DNA of 64,000 nt. Source: an uncultured Actinomycetes bacterium (GTDB lineage Bacteria > Actinomycetota > Acidimicrobiia > IMCC26256 > DASPTH01). Positions within the stretch are counted from its first letter, which is position 1; each line of letters starts with the position of its first letter. Shown here in pieces: positions 44,828 through 55,877 of this stretch. Location of the stretch: NCBI GenBank assembly GCA_963815405.1, contig CAWFGR010000006.1, forward strand, positions 10,158 through 74,157, given 5' to 3'. The translations under genes and the position numbers were made by a program. The notes below the pieces were generated by a model, which had not been told where the DNA came from, did no database searches, and saw only the letters and a program-made list of their open reading frames with translations.

Positions 44828-44942
44828 CTAGCCCTGACGCTGCTTGTGGCGCGGGTTCACGCAGATGACCCGGACCGACGCCGTGGCGGCGGATCACCTT
44901 GCACTTCTCGCAGATCTTCTTGACCGAAGGTCGAACTTTCAT
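44828..44942 (-). CDS. rpmJ: 50S ribosomal protein L36 (Zn-binding), frameshifted
   Basis: MKVRPSVKKICEKCKVIRRHG..VICVNPRHKQRQG. Confidence 0.94.
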
Positions 44943-44971
44943 GCTGCTCTCGATCGTGCTCGATCGGGTTC

Positions 44972-45196
44972 CTACTTGTAGCGGTAGGTGATGCGACCTC
45001 GGCTCAGGTCGTAGGGCGTGAGCTCGACCTGGACCCGGTCGCCCGGCAGGATCCGGATGTAGTGCATCCGCATCTTCCCGGAGATGTGAGCGAGCACCTT
45101 GTGCCCGTTCTCGAGCTCGACCCGGAACATGGCGTTCGGGAGCGGCTCGACGACCGTGCCCTCGACCAGGATCGTGTCGTCCTTGGGCTTTGCCAG
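44972..45196 (-). CDS. infA: Translation initiation factor IF-1 (probable CTG start)
   Basis: [38 protein letters not shown]. Confidence 0.96.
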   Translation of the reverse strand: MAKPKDDTILVEGTVVEPLPNAMFRVELENGHKVLAHISGKMRMHYIRILPGDRVQVELTPYDLSRGRITYRYK

Positions 45197-45341
45197 GACC
45201 GTTACCACCTTTCGTGGCGCGCCAAGACGCGCGAATCGAGTGGGAGCCGACCGGGAATCTACATGACGACGTCTCCAGACGGAAATCCGGGTATCAGATG
45301 GCCTCGCCACCAGGGCAACGTCGGAACCTCTGCATGGCTCC

Positions 45342-45382
45342 GCTCGCTGTGGGCCGGGATACCCGGCCCGCGGGCGCTCGCT
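45342..45382. repeat. REP-like hairpin/terminator downstream of map
   Basis: GGGCCGGG-ata-CCCGGCCC flanked by GCTCGCT motifs. Confidence 0.55.
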
Positions 45383-45406
45383 ACGCGTGAGGTGCTGACA
45401 CCGCCG

Positions 45407-46164
45407 CTACCACGGCAGCGTCAGCACCTCGGGCCCGTGGTCAGTGACGGCGATCGTGTGCTCGAAGTGGGCCGAGCGACAGCCGTCGCGGGTGACCACG
45501 GTCCAGCCGTCGTCGAGGGTCTCGGTCTCGGGCCGGCCCGCGTTGACCATCGGCTCGATCGCCAGCACGTGGCCCTCCCTGAGCTTCATCCCCCGCCCGG
45601 GCGGGCCGTAGTTGGGGACCTGGGGCTCCTCGTGCATGGCGGTCCCGATGCCGTGACCCACGTACTCCCGCACCACCGTGAACCCCGCCGCCTCGGCGAT
45701 CGCCCTCGACCGCGGCACCCACGTCACCGAGCCGGTTGCCGTCCACGATCTGCTCGATCGCGGCCTCCAGCGACGCGGCGCGTGACGTCGATAAGTCGCT
45801 GCGACTCGTCGTCGACATCGCCGATCGGGACGGTGACCGCGGCGTCGGCGTGCCAGCCCTCGATGATCGCCCCGCAGTCGATGGAGAGGATGTCGCCCTC
45901 GTCGGAGCACCACGTCGTCGGACGGGATGCCGTGGACGATGACGTCGTTGGGCGACGTGCACACGACCGCCGGGAAACCCGTGGTAGCCAAGGAAGTTCG
46001 AGCGCGCGCCGCGGCGCTCGATCACCTCACGCGCGGCCGCGGTCGACGTCGGCAGTCGTCGCGCCGGCACCGCGGCCCGGATACACTCCTCGTGCATCTC
46101 GGCCACGACGCGTCCCGCCCGGCGCATCGAGCGCGATCTGCTCGGCGCTCTTGCGGGTGATCAC
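45407..46164 (-). CDS. map: Methionine aminopeptidase type I, frameshifted
   Basis: [42 protein letters not shown]. Confidence 0.94.
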
Positions 46165-46843
46165 TGGGGTCGCTGCGCGACGCGCGCTCGTCGACTGCCT
46201 GCACGAGCCGTGCGAACACCTCGTCGCCGGTCGCCGACGCCGTCGACCGTGACGAGCTCGCTCGAGCCCGCGGTAGAAGTCGATGATCGGCACCGTCTGC
46301 TCCTCGTAGAGCTCGAGCCGGCGCGCGACCGCCTCCTCGGTGTCGTCCGTCGTCGCTGCGATGACCTTGCCCCCGCAGATGTCGCACGTCCAGTTCTCCT
46401 TCGGCGGCATGTTCACGTGGTACGTACGCGCCGCAGCTCTCGCAGACCCGCCGGCCGGCGAGGCGGTCGAGCACGATCGCGGTGGGAACGTCGAGGTTGA
46501 TGACCACGTCGAGCGGCTGGCCGTCAGCACCCCTCGAGCTCCTCGGCCTGGCGGCAGCGTGCGCGGGAAACCGTCGAGGATGAAGCCGCGCTCGAGCGGG
46601 CCGCCGGCGGACGAACTGCTCCTCGACGACCCGAGCACGATCGTCGTCGGGCACGAGCTCGCCGGAGTCCATGTACTCTGCGGCCGTTCGACCGGCGGGA
46701 GTACCTGCCGCGACGGCGGCACGGAACAGCTCTCCCGTCGAGACGTGCGATCATGCCGTAGTGGTCGGCGAGCCGTGCCGCTTGCGTGCCCTTGCCGGCA
46801 CCCTGCTTGCCGAGCAGCACGAGACGGGGCCCGTCAGCGTCAT
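46161..46843 (-). CDS. adk: Adenylate kinase (Zn-lid), frameshifted
   Basis: GKQGAGKGTQ, GELVPD, GFILDGFPR, lid CESC..CDIC. Confidence 0.92.
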
Positions 46844-46848
46844 GCCGG

Positions 46849-48155
46849 TCAGGCCAGGAAGCCTTCGTAGTTGCGCATCATCAGCTGGCTGTCGATCTGC
46901 TTCATCGTCTCGAGCGCGACACCGACCGTGATGAGCAGCGCGGTACCGCCGAACGGGAACTGGCTGGATGTTCCAGAGCGCGATCACGAGCAGCGGCGTG
47001 ATGGCGATCAGCGGCCAGGAAGAGCGAGCCCGGCAGCGTGATCCGGTTCAGCACCTTGGCGAGGTACCGCTCGGTCGGGGGGCCCGGTCTGATACCCGGG
47101 ATGAAGCCGCCCTGCTTGCGGATGATGTCGGCCTGCTGCTGCGGATTGAACGCGATCGCCGTGTAGAAGTACGCGAAGAAGATGATCAGCAGCGTGTAGA
47201 ACGCAGATGTACCACCAGCCGTGGCTCTGGACCAGGTTGTCGTTGATCCACTCCTGGAGCCCGACGAGCCGACGGCCCAACGCCGAGGCGATGAGCGCGG
47301 GGAACGAGAGGATCGAGCTCGCGAAGATCACGGGGATCACACCCGACTGGTTGACCTTCAGCGGGATGTAGGTGCTCTGGCCGCCGTACATGCGGCGGCC
47401 GACGACCCGTTTCGCGAACTGGACTGGGATGCGGCGCTGCCCCGACTCCACGAAGACGATCCCGACGATCATGGCGATGCCGATGGCAGAGGACGACGAA
47501 CTTGACTTTGCCTTCGGTCCAGATGCTCGAACCCTGGGCGGGCAGGCGCGAGACGACCGAGGCGAAGATCAGGATCGACATGCCGTTGCCGATCCCGCGC
47601 TGGGTGATGAGCTCGCCGAGCCACATCACCACCGCGGTGCCCGCGGTCCAGGTGAGCACGATCATGGCCGCACGCGGCGTGTTGAAGTGCGGGATCAGGT
47701 CCTTGCCCTGGAACCCGGCGAAGCCGAGCAGGCCGCCGTTGCCCTTGTGCAACGCGAAGACGAAGCCGGTCGACTGCACGAGCGCCAGGCCGATCGTCAG
47801 GTAGCGGGTCCACTGCGTGATCTTCTTCTGGCCGACCTGGCCCTCCTGCTGCCACTGCTCCAGCTTCGGGATCACGACACCGAGCAGCTGCATGATGATC
47901 GACGCCGTGATGTACGGCATGATCCCGAGGAAGAAGATCGCGACGTTCGTGATCGCGCCACCGGCGAACAGGTCGAGCAGTCCGACGACGCCGGCGTTGT
48001 TCGCCTGGTCCTGGAGGTCCTTGATCGCCTGGAAGTCGACGTACGGAACGGGGACGTGGGCGCCGACTCGGTAGATGCGCGATGATGAAGATCGTGAAGG
48101 CGATCTTCTTGCGGAGGTCGGGTACCCGGTAGATGTTCCACAGCCGGGACAGCAT
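46849..48155 (-). CDS. secY: Preprotein translocase SecY, frameshifted
   Basis: [50 protein letters not shown]. Confidence 0.96.
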
Positions 48156-48203
48156 GGGGGACCCTCCTCCTCTCGCGACGCTCCGAGATGCGAGTGCGTG
48201 AGC

Positions 48204-48699
48204 TTACCGGTTGGTGAGAGCGTTCCCCTGAGCCGGTGGACGGCCCTCGCCCCACGGCGCGGGGATGCACCTCGGTGCTGCCGCCGGCGGCCTCGATCGC
48301 GCTGCATCGCGCCCGCCGAGAAGGCGTGTGCGCGCGCACGGTGAGTGCCTTGGTGAGCTCCCCGCGGCCGAGCACCTTGACGAGCCCGCGCTTGGCGACG
48401 AGGCCCTTCGCCCGGAGCACGCCGGGGTCGATCTGGGTGCCCGCGTCGAAGGCCTCGAGCGTCTCGAGGTTCACCACGTGGTACTCGACCCGGAACGGGT
48501 TCCGGAAGCCCTTGGCCTTGGGCGTGCGCCGGTGGATCGGCGTCTGGCCACCCTCGAAGCCGCGGCGGATGTTGTCGCGCGCGCCCTGGCCCTTGGTGCC
48601 CCGACCGGCCGTCTTGCCGCCCTTGCCGGCGATGCCGCGACCGACCCGGCGACGCGCCGACTTCGACCCTGCCGCGGGCTTCAGCTCGTGGACCTTCAT
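48204..48699 (-). CDS. rplO: 50S ribosomal protein L15, frameshifted
   Basis: [32 protein letters not shown]. Confidence 0.95.
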
Positions 48700-48883
48700 C
48701 ACTTCGACCTCTTCCACCGCGACGAGATGCGGCACTCGTGCGACCATCCCGCGGATCTCCGGACGGTCGGGGAGCTCCACGGTGTGGTCGATCCGGCGCA
48801 AGCCGAGCGCGCGCAAGCGTTCCTCGATGCTTCGGCTTCACTCCGATCGACGACCGCACCTGGGTGATGCGCAACGTAGCCAT
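48699..48883 (-). CDS. rpmD: 50S ribosomal protein L30, frameshifted
   Basis: [29 protein letters not shown]. Confidence 0.93.
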
Positions 48884-49433
48884 CACGCCGACCTCGTTGA
48901 CCTCGGACTTCGGCGCGTTGCGCTGCCGGTACGCGTTGAGCATCCCGGCCGTCGAGACCTCCTCGGCCGACTTGCCCCGGAGCCGGGCGACCTCCTCGGG
49001 GCGGCGCAGCGACCGCAGCCCGTCGATCGTCGCGCGGGAGACGTTGATCGCGTTCGACGAGCCGAGCGACTTGGCCAGCACGTCGTGCACGCCCGCCGCC
49101 TCGAGGATCGCTCGGGCCGCTCCGCCGGCGATGACACCGGTACCGGGCGCGGCCGGCTTGAGCAGCACGCGCGCGGCGTCGTGCTCGCCGATGATCTGAT
49201 GCGTGATCGTGTCGCCGGCGAGCGGGACCGAGAACAGCCGCTTGCCGCGCCTCCTCCATCCCCTTCTGGATCGCCGCCGGGACCTCCTTGGCCTTCCCGT
49301 ACCCGAGGCCGACGTTGCCCGAGCCGTCGCCCACGACGACGAGCGCGGTGAACGAGAACCGCCGGCCGCCCTTGACGACCTTCGCGACCCGGTTGATCGC
49401 GATCACTCGCTCTTCGAACTGGCCTTCGGCCAT
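48883..49433 (-). CDS. rpsE: 30S ribosomal protein S5, frameshifted
   Basis: [42 protein letters not shown]. Confidence 0.96.
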
Positions 49434-49451
49434 CGTGTGTCCCTTCGCTCT

Positions 49452-49806
49452 CTAGAACTCGAGGCCGGCGTCGCGGGCGCCGTCGGCGATCGCAGCGACA
49501 CGGCCGTGGTAGCGGAACCCGCCACGGTCGAGCACGACCGTCGTGATCCCCGCACCCTGCGCGCGCTCGACCCACCAGCTGGCCGACCTTCTTCGCCGCG
49601 TCCACGGTGGCGGTCGCCCCCGTTACGTCCTTCTCCACGGTCGACGCGGCAGCGAGCGTGCGCCCGCTCACGTCGTCGATCACCTGGGCGTACACGTGCT
49701 TGTTCGATCGGAACACCGCGAGGCGCGGACGCTCCGCCGTGCCACGAACCTTCTTGCGGACCCGGCGATGCCGCCGCTCGCGCGCCTCTGTCTTGTGGAG
49801 CGTCAT
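49452..49806 (-). CDS. rplR: 50S ribosomal protein L18, frameshifted
   Basis: [40 protein letters not shown]. Confidence 0.95.
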
Positions 49807-49814
49807 CGAGAGCC

Positions 49815-50356
49815 TCACTTCGCCGACTTGCCGGCCTTGCGCAGCACACGCTCGTCGGAATAGCGGATGCCCTTGCCCTTGTAGGGCTCGGGCTTGCGGA
49901 GCTTGCGGATGTCGGCCGCGACCTGGCCGACGAGCTGCTTGTCGAAGCCGCGGACGGTGATGCGGGTCGGAGCAGGCGTCTCGAAGGTGACACCCTCGGG
50001 GGCCTCGACGGCGACCGGGTGCGAGAAACCCAGCTGCAACTCGAGTCGCGACGGGTTGGGCGCTGCGGCGCGGTATCCGACGCCGACGATCTCGAGGTCA
50101 CGCGAGAAGCCCTCGGACACGCCCGATGACCATGTTCGCAACCAACGACCGCGTGAGGCCGTGCAGCGCGCGGTGCGCACGCTCGTCGTCGGGCCGGCGT
50201 GACGACGATCTCCTCGCCTTCGTGCGCGACGGTGATGTCGGCCGGCGCGACGTGCTGCAGCGTGCCCTTGGGACCCTTGACGGTCACGTCGCTCCCGTCG
50301 ATCGTCACCTCGACGCCGCTCGGGATGGGGATGGGCTGCTTGCCGATGCGGGACAT
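49815..50356 (-). CDS. rplF: 50S ribosomal protein L6, frameshifted
   Basis: [32 protein letters not shown]. Confidence 0.96.
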
Positions 50357-50360
50357 CGCG

Positions 50361-50768
50361 TCACCAGACCTGACAGAGGATCTCGCCGCCGACGCGGCGC
50401 TCGGCGCGCCTCACGGTCGGTGAGGAGTCCTTGGTTCGTCGAGAGGATCGCGATGCCCATGCCACCGAGCACGCGGGGAACGTCGGTCGGCCTTGGAGTA
50501 GACCCGCAGACCCGGCTTCGACACCCGCCGAAGACCCGAGATCGTGCGCTTGCGCTCCGGCGAGTACTTGAGCGCGATTCGCAACTGGCGACCCGGCCGC
50601 GCCGTGTCGGACTCGACCGAGTAGCCCGCGATGTACCCCTCGCTGCTGGAGGATGCCCGCCAGCGCCTCCTTGAGCTTCGACGACGGCATCACGACCTCG
50701 TCGTGGAACGCGGTGTTCGCGTTGCGCAGCCGCGTGAGCATGTCGGCGATCGGGTCGGTCATCGTCAT
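50361..50768 (-). CDS. rpsH: 30S ribosomal protein S8, frameshifted
   Basis: [31 protein letters not shown]. Confidence 0.95.
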   Translation of the reverse strand: MTMTDPIADMLTRLRNANTAFHDEVVMPSSKLKEALAGILQQRGVHRGLLGRVRHGAAGSPVANRAQVLAGAQAHDLGSSAGVEAGSAGLLQGRPTFPACSVAWASRSSRRTKDSSPTVRRAERRVGGEILCQVW

Positions 50769-50781
50769 GTCCGCACCCCCC

Positions 50782-50967
50782 TCACCACGACGCCTTGGTC
50801 ACGCCAGGCACCTCGCCCGCGTGGACCATCGTGCGCAAGCAGATGCGGCACAGCCCGAACTTGCGGTACACGGAACGGGCGCGGCCACAGCGGCGACACC
50901 GCGTGTAGGCCCGCACCGCGAACTTCGGCTTGCGCTGCTGCTTCTGGACGAGTGCCTTCTTCGCCAT
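50782..50967 (-). CDS. rpsZ: 30S ribosomal protein S14 type Z
   Basis: 61 aa; [22 protein letters not shown]. Confidence 0.96.
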   Translation of the reverse strand: MAKKALVQKQQRKPKFAVRAYTRCRRCGRARSVYRKFGLCRICLRTMVHAGEVPGVTKASW

Positions 50968-50971
50968 GCAC

Positions 50972-51551
50972 TTACCCCTGGCTCTGGTCGTCGCGCCGGA
51001 ACGGGAAGCCGAGCGCCCGGAGCAGGGCGCGCCCGGCATCGTCGGTCCCGGCGGTGGTCACGATGGTGATGTCCATACCTCGAACCGAGTCGATCTTGTC
51101 GTAGTCGATCTCGGGAAAGATGATCTGCTCGGTGATGCCGAACGTGTAGTTGCCGCGGCCGTCGAACGACAGCGGGTTGAGTCCCCGGAAGTCGCGGATC
51201 CGAGGGATGGCGACGCTCACGAGCCGGTCGTAGAACTCCCACATCCGGTCGCCGCGCAACGTCACCTTGGCTCCGATGGCGTTGCCCTCCCGGAGCTTGA
51301 AGCCGGCGATCGACTTCTTGGCCCGGGTCACGAGTGGCTTTTGCCCGGTGATCAGGCTGAGATCCGCCACAGCCCCGTCGAGCAGCGACTGCTGCTGCGT
51401 TGCGCGACCGACACCGCAGTTGAGCACGATCTTCTCGAACCGTGGCACCTGCATGACGTTGCCCAAGCCCAGCTCCTCACGCAGAGCGCGGCTGGACCTC
51501 CGCGAGGTAGCGCTGCTTGAGGCGCGGGCGGGTCTTGGTCTCGGGACTCAC
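50972..51551 (-). CDS. rplE: 50S ribosomal protein L5, frameshifted at the N-terminus
   Basis: [32 protein letters not shown]. Confidence 0.96.
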
Positions 51552-51871
51552 GACAACTCGTTTCCGCACTTGCGACAGATCCGCACCTTCGAACCGTCGG
51601 GTTCCATCCGGAACGCGACACGGGTCGGACCGCACTTGGAGCACACGATCATCAGGTTCGACGCGTGGATCGGCAGGGCCTTGTCCTGGATGCCGCCCTG
51701 CATCGTCGCCTTGGTCGGCTTCTGGTGCTTCTTGGCGACGTTGATTCCCTCGGTGCTCTCGACGATGACACGGCCGGTCTCGGGGATGACGCGCGCGATC
51801 TCGCCACGCTTGCCGACGTCCTTGCCTTGGATGACCTGCACGTGGTCACCCTTCTTGAGCTTCATCTTCAT
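51548..51871 (-). CDS. rplX: 50S ribosomal protein L24
   Basis: [35 protein letters not shown]. Confidence 0.96.
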   Translation of the reverse strand: MKMKLKKGDHVQVIQGKDVGKRGEIARVIPETGRVIVESTEGINVAKKHQKPTKATMQGGIQDKALPIHASNLMIVCSKCGPTRVAFRMEPDGSKVRICRKCGNELS

Positions 51872-51874
51872 GGT

Positions 51875-52242
51875 TCAGAGCACCTCCGGGGCCAGCGAGA
51901 CGATGCGCATGAACTTGCGGTCGCGGAGCTCGCGACCCACCGGCCCGAAGATGCGCGTGCCACGCGGCTGCATCTGGTCATTGATCAGCACCGCGGCGTT
52001 CTCGTCGAAGCGGATGTAGCTCCGTCGGCGCGACGTCGCTCCTTCTTGGTGCGGACGACGACGCACTTCACGACGTCGCCCTTCTTCACCGCCGCACCGG
52101 GGACCGCTTCCTTGACCGCAGCCACGAACACGTCGCCGATACCTGCGTAGCGGCGACGGGTTCCTCCGAGCACCTTGATGCACAGCACCTCGCGGGCACC
52201 CGAGTTGTCGGCCACCTTGAGCCGGCTCTCCTGCTGGATCAC
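51875..52242 (-). CDS. rplN: 50S ribosomal protein L14, frameshifted
   Basis: [41 protein letters not shown]. Confidence 0.96.
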
Positions 52243-52513
52243 CGCGCACGCTCCAGGACCTCGACCACCCGCCAGCGCTTCAGCTTCGAGAGGGGCCGAA
52301 TCTCGGCGAGGCGCACGCGGTCGCCCTCGCGGGCGTCGTTCGCCTCGTCGTGCGCGTAGAGGTGGCTGGTCTGCTGCATCGTCTTGCCGTACGCGCGTGC
52401 CGCACCCGGTCGACGACCGCGACCACCACGGTCTTGTCCATCTTCGTGGAGACCACGAGCCCTTCGCGAACCTTTCGCGGGTTCGCCCGTACGTCGCTCT
52501 GCTCGTCGGCCAT
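52239..52513 (-). CDS. rpsQ: 30S ribosomal protein S17, frameshifted
   Basis: [28 protein letters not shown]. Confidence 0.93.
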
Positions 52514-52516
52514 CGC

Positions 52517-52737
52517 CTACTCCTGGTCCTCGGCCTCGGCGGCCGCGATCTCGCGCTCGCGCAGCAATGTCTCGATGCGCGCGATGTTGCGGCGCACGAT
52601 CCCGATCCGCGACACGTTGTCGAGCTGTCCGGTCGCGCTCTGGAAGCGGAGGTTGAAGAGCTCCTCCTTCGCTTCGCCGAGCCGATGGACAGCTCCCCGT
52701 CGTTCAACTCCGGAGCTCGGCGCGTCGGGCGGCTCAC
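52517..52737 (-). CDS. rpmC: 50S ribosomal protein L29, frameshifted
   Basis: [25 protein letters not shown]. Confidence 0.92.
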
Positions 52738-53150
52738 GCTTCGTCCTGTCGGAGCACGAAGCGGGTCTTGATCGGGGAGCTTGTGCATCGCAAGCCGCAT
52801 CGCCTCGCGCGCAGTGGCCTCGGGCACACCGGAGAGCTCGAACATCACCCGACCGGGCTTCACGACCGCCACCCAGTGCTCGGATTGCCCTTGCCCGACC
52901 CCATGCGCGTCTCGGCCGGCTTCTGCGTGACCGGCTTGTCGGGGAAGATGTTGATCCAGACCTTGCCGCCACGGCGGATGTGGCGGGTCATCGCGATACG
53001 AGCCGCCTCGATCTGGCGGTTCGTGATCCAACCCGGCTCGAGGGCCTGGATCCCGTAGTCGCCGAAGCTCACCGAGGTGCCGCCTTTCGCGGCTCCGGAC
53101 ATGCGACCGCGATGCGTCTTGCGGTGGCGGACCTTGCGCGGCATCAACAT
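52734..53150 (-). CDS. rplP: 50S ribosomal protein L16, frameshifted
   Basis: [39 protein letters not shown]. Confidence 0.95.
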
Positions 53151-53215
53151 CGCGAGTCCTCGTCGCCCAGGGAAGTCGGCGGCGCCTCGTGGTGCATCTC
53201 GACTCGCATCGCCAT
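53144..53215 (-). CDS. Possible 23-aa mini-ORF repeating the S3 C-terminus
   Basis: [23 protein letters not shown]; ATG overlaps the rpsC stop and its TGA lies within the first rplP codons. Confidence 0.3.
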   Translation of the reverse strand: MAMRVEMHHEAPPTSLGDEDSRC

Positions 53216-54138
53216 CAGTCCTCGTCGCCGTGGAACTTGGGCGCCTCGTGATGCTGGCGCGTGCGGCGCTCGATCTCTTCTTCCTCGGCGAGCAGGCGTT
53301 CGAGCTCGGGGTCGGCTTCCTTGACCAAGGGGCTCGCCTCTTCGCCGGCTTCGTCGGGCGCCGCTTCGGCGGGCGCACCTCGGCGTCGGCCGCGCGCGGC
53401 GTCGACCGCCACCCGCGCTCACGACGCGACGGGGCGGGCCCTGGCCGGACGTCTCACCGACCGCCATCGCCGCCTCGCGATGGATCTTGTCCTCGGCCGC
53501 GGACTTGTAGGGCAGGATCTCGCCCTTGTAGATCCAGACCTTCACGCCGATCCGACCGAACGTCGTGCGTGCCTCGGCGGAGCCGTAGTCGATGTCGGCG
53601 CGAAGCGTGTGCAGCGGAACCCGGCCCTCCCGTACCACTCCTTGCGGGACATCTCGGCGCCACCGAGCCGGCCGCTGCATTGCACGCGAATGCCCTGCGC
53701 GCCGGCCTTCATCGCCGTCTGCACGGCGCGCTTCATCGCGCGGCGGAACGAGACGCGCCCGGTGAGCTGGTCGGCGACGCCCTGCGCGATCAGCGTCGCA
53801 TCGAGCTCGGGCTGCTTGATCTCTTGGATGTTGAAGTGGATCTTGGGATTGCCGGTGATCTTCAGCAACCCGAGCCGGAGCCGATCGGCTTCCGCCCCGC
53901 GCCGGCCGATCACGATGCCCGGGCGCGTGGTGTACACGTCGACGCGCAGACGGTCCCGCGTGCGCTCGATCTCCACACGACTCACCGCAGCGCGCTCGAG
54001 CTGGCGCTTCAGGAAGTCGCGGACCTTCCAGTCCTCGATGAGGCTGTCGGTGTATTCCTTGTCCTCGGCGAACCAGCGCGACTTCCAGTCAGTGGTGATC
54101 CCGAGTCGGAATCCGTAGGGATTGACCTTCTGGCCCAT
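53215..54138 (-). CDS. rpsC: 30S ribosomal protein S3 with long C-terminal extension, frameshifted
   Basis: [49 protein letters not shown]. Confidence 0.95.
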
Positions 54139-54758
54139 TACTCGGACTTCTCCTCGACCTCGGGTGTGTCGCCCGCCGGCGTCTCGTCGTCGGACGCGTC
54201 GAGCTCGGCGACGATCTGGTCGGCGGTCTCGGCCTCGACACCCTCTGCTTGCGGCTGCTCCACGGTCTCTTCGGCCTCCTCGTCGGGGCCGTGGTCGTGA
54301 TCGTGGTCGCGGGTCTCGCCGGTTGTCCGACGACGCGAAGCGGCCACGCGACGGCGCCGGCTCGGCTTCGCGGCCCGGCCGGCCTCGGCCTCGCGGCGCC
54401 GACGACGCTCCAGCTCCGCGTCGGAGAAGCGCGCGACCACGATCGTGATGTGGCTGGTGCGCTTCCGGATGCGAGTGCCCCGACCGCGGGCACGCGGGCG
54501 CCAACGCTTGGACGTGGGCCCCTCGTCGGCGAACGCCCGCGCGACGAACAGCTCGTCCTCGGAAAGGTGGTCGTTGTGCTCCGCGTTCGCGATCGCGGAG
54601 TCGAGCAGCTTCATCACCGGCCCGGCGGCGCCACGCTCGCAGAAGCGAAGGATCTCGCGCGCCTCGGCGACCGGGCGACCGACCACGAGACGTAGCACCT
54701 CGCGCACCTTCGTCGGTGCGGCACGGTGGTGACGGAGGCGGGCAGCGGTCTCGGGCAT
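54138..54758 (-). CDS. rplV: 50S ribosomal protein L22 with ~95-aa C-terminal extension
   Basis: [35 protein letters not shown]. Confidence 0.95.
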   Translation of the reverse strand: MPETAARLRHHRAAPTKVREVLRLVVGRPVAEAREILRFCERGAAGPVMKLLDSAIANAEHNDHLSEDELFVARAFADEGPTSKRWRPRARGRGTRIRKRTSHITIVVARFSDAELERRRRREAEAGRAAKPSRRRRVAASRRRTTGETRDHDHDHGPDEEAEETVEQPQAEGVEAETADQIVAELDASDDETPAGDTPEVEEKSE

Positions 54759-55036
54759 CAGCGACGGCTCGACTTCTCTTGACCGGCGTGGTACCGGAAC
54801 GTGCGAGTGGGCGCGAACTCGCCGAGCTTGTGACCCACCATCGCCTCGGTGACGTACACGGGCACGTGCTTGCGTCCGTCGTGGACGGCGAAGGTATGGC
54901 CGACCATGTCGGGCGTGATCGTGGAACGCCGGGACCAGGTCTTGATCACCTTGCGCTCGCCGGCCGCGTTCATCGCGTCCACCTTCCTCTGCAGGTGGTC
55001 GTCGACGAAGGGACCCTTCTTCAAGCTGCGCGGCAT
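54758..55036 (-). CDS. rpsS: 30S ribosomal protein S19
   Basis: [32 protein letters not shown]. Confidence 0.98.
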   Translation of the reverse strand: MPRSLKKGPFVDDHLQRKVDAMNAAGERKVIKTWSRRSTITPDMVGHTFAVHDGRKHVPVYVTEAMVGHKLGEFAPTRTFRYHAGQEKSSRR

Positions 55037-55038
55037 GA

Positions 55039-55875
55039 CTACCTCCGGGCCCCGCGGCCGCGGCGGCGGCGGATGATCATCTCGTCGGACTTCTTGCGCT
55101 TCGGGCGGGTCCGGCCCTCGGGCTGGCCCCATGGCGACACCGGGTGGCGGCCGCCCGAGCTCTTGCCCTCGCCGCCGCCGAGCGGGTGGTCCACCGGGTT
55201 CATCGCGACGCCGCGCACGTGCGGGCGCTTGCCGAGCCACCGGTTGCGGCCCGCCTTGCCGATCTTCACCAGACCGGCCTCGGAGTTCCCGACCGCCCCG
55301 ACCGTGCCGCGGCAGTCGATCGGCACTCGGCGCATCTCCGTCGAAGGGAGCCGCAGCGTGGCGAAGAGCCCTTCCTTCGCGACGAGCTGGATCGCCGCGC
55401 CTGCGCCCCGACCCATCTTCCCGCCCGCACCCGGCTTGAGCTCCACGTTGTGCACGATCGTTCCGACGGGGATGTAGCGGAGCGGCAACGCGTTGCCCGG
55501 ACGGATCTCGGAACCCTGCCCGCTCTGCAGCAGGTCGCCGACCTCTACGCCCGTCGGGGCAAGGATGTAACGCTTCTCGCCGTCGAGGTAGTGGAGCAAC
55601 GCGATGCGGGCGTTGCGGTTGGGGTCGTACTCGATCGAGGCGACCTTCGCCGGGACGCCGTCCTTGTCCCGCTTGAAGTCGACGACGCGGTACTTCTGCT
55701 TGTGACCGCCACCGCGGTGGCGCGAGGTCAGACGCCCGTAGGCGTTCCGTCCACCGGTCTTCGGCTTCGGCTTCGTGAGCGACTTCTCAGGCCGATCACG
55801 TGTGATCTCGGCGAAGTCGGCAACGGTCTGGAATCGCCGACCGGCGCTCGTGGGCTTGCGCTTGCGAACCGGCAT
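55039..55875 (-). CDS. rplB: 50S ribosomal protein L2
   Basis: [34 protein letters not shown]. Confidence 0.98.
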   Translation of the reverse strand: MPVRKRKPTSAGRRFQTVADFAEITRDRPEKSLTKPKPKTGGRNAYGRLTSRHRGGGHKQKYRVVDFKRDKDGVPAKVASIEYDPNRNARIALLHYLDGEKRYILAPTGVEVGDLLQSGQGSEIRPGNALPLRYIPVGTIVHNVELKPGAGGKMGRGAGAAIQLVAKEGLFATLRLPSTEMRRVPIDCRGTVGAVGNSEAGLVKIGKAGRNRWLGKRPHVRGVAMNPVDHPLGGGEGKSSGGRHPVSPWGQPEGRTRPKRKKSDEMIIRRRRGRGARR

Positions 55876-55877
55876 CG

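Noticed and set aside
41650-53650. Programmed frameshifting, RNA editing or pseudogenisation of the ribosomal operon
   Set aside because: Indels are irregular, lack slippery motifs, and the protein sequences are otherwise well conserved. Sequencing/consensus error is far more parsimonious.
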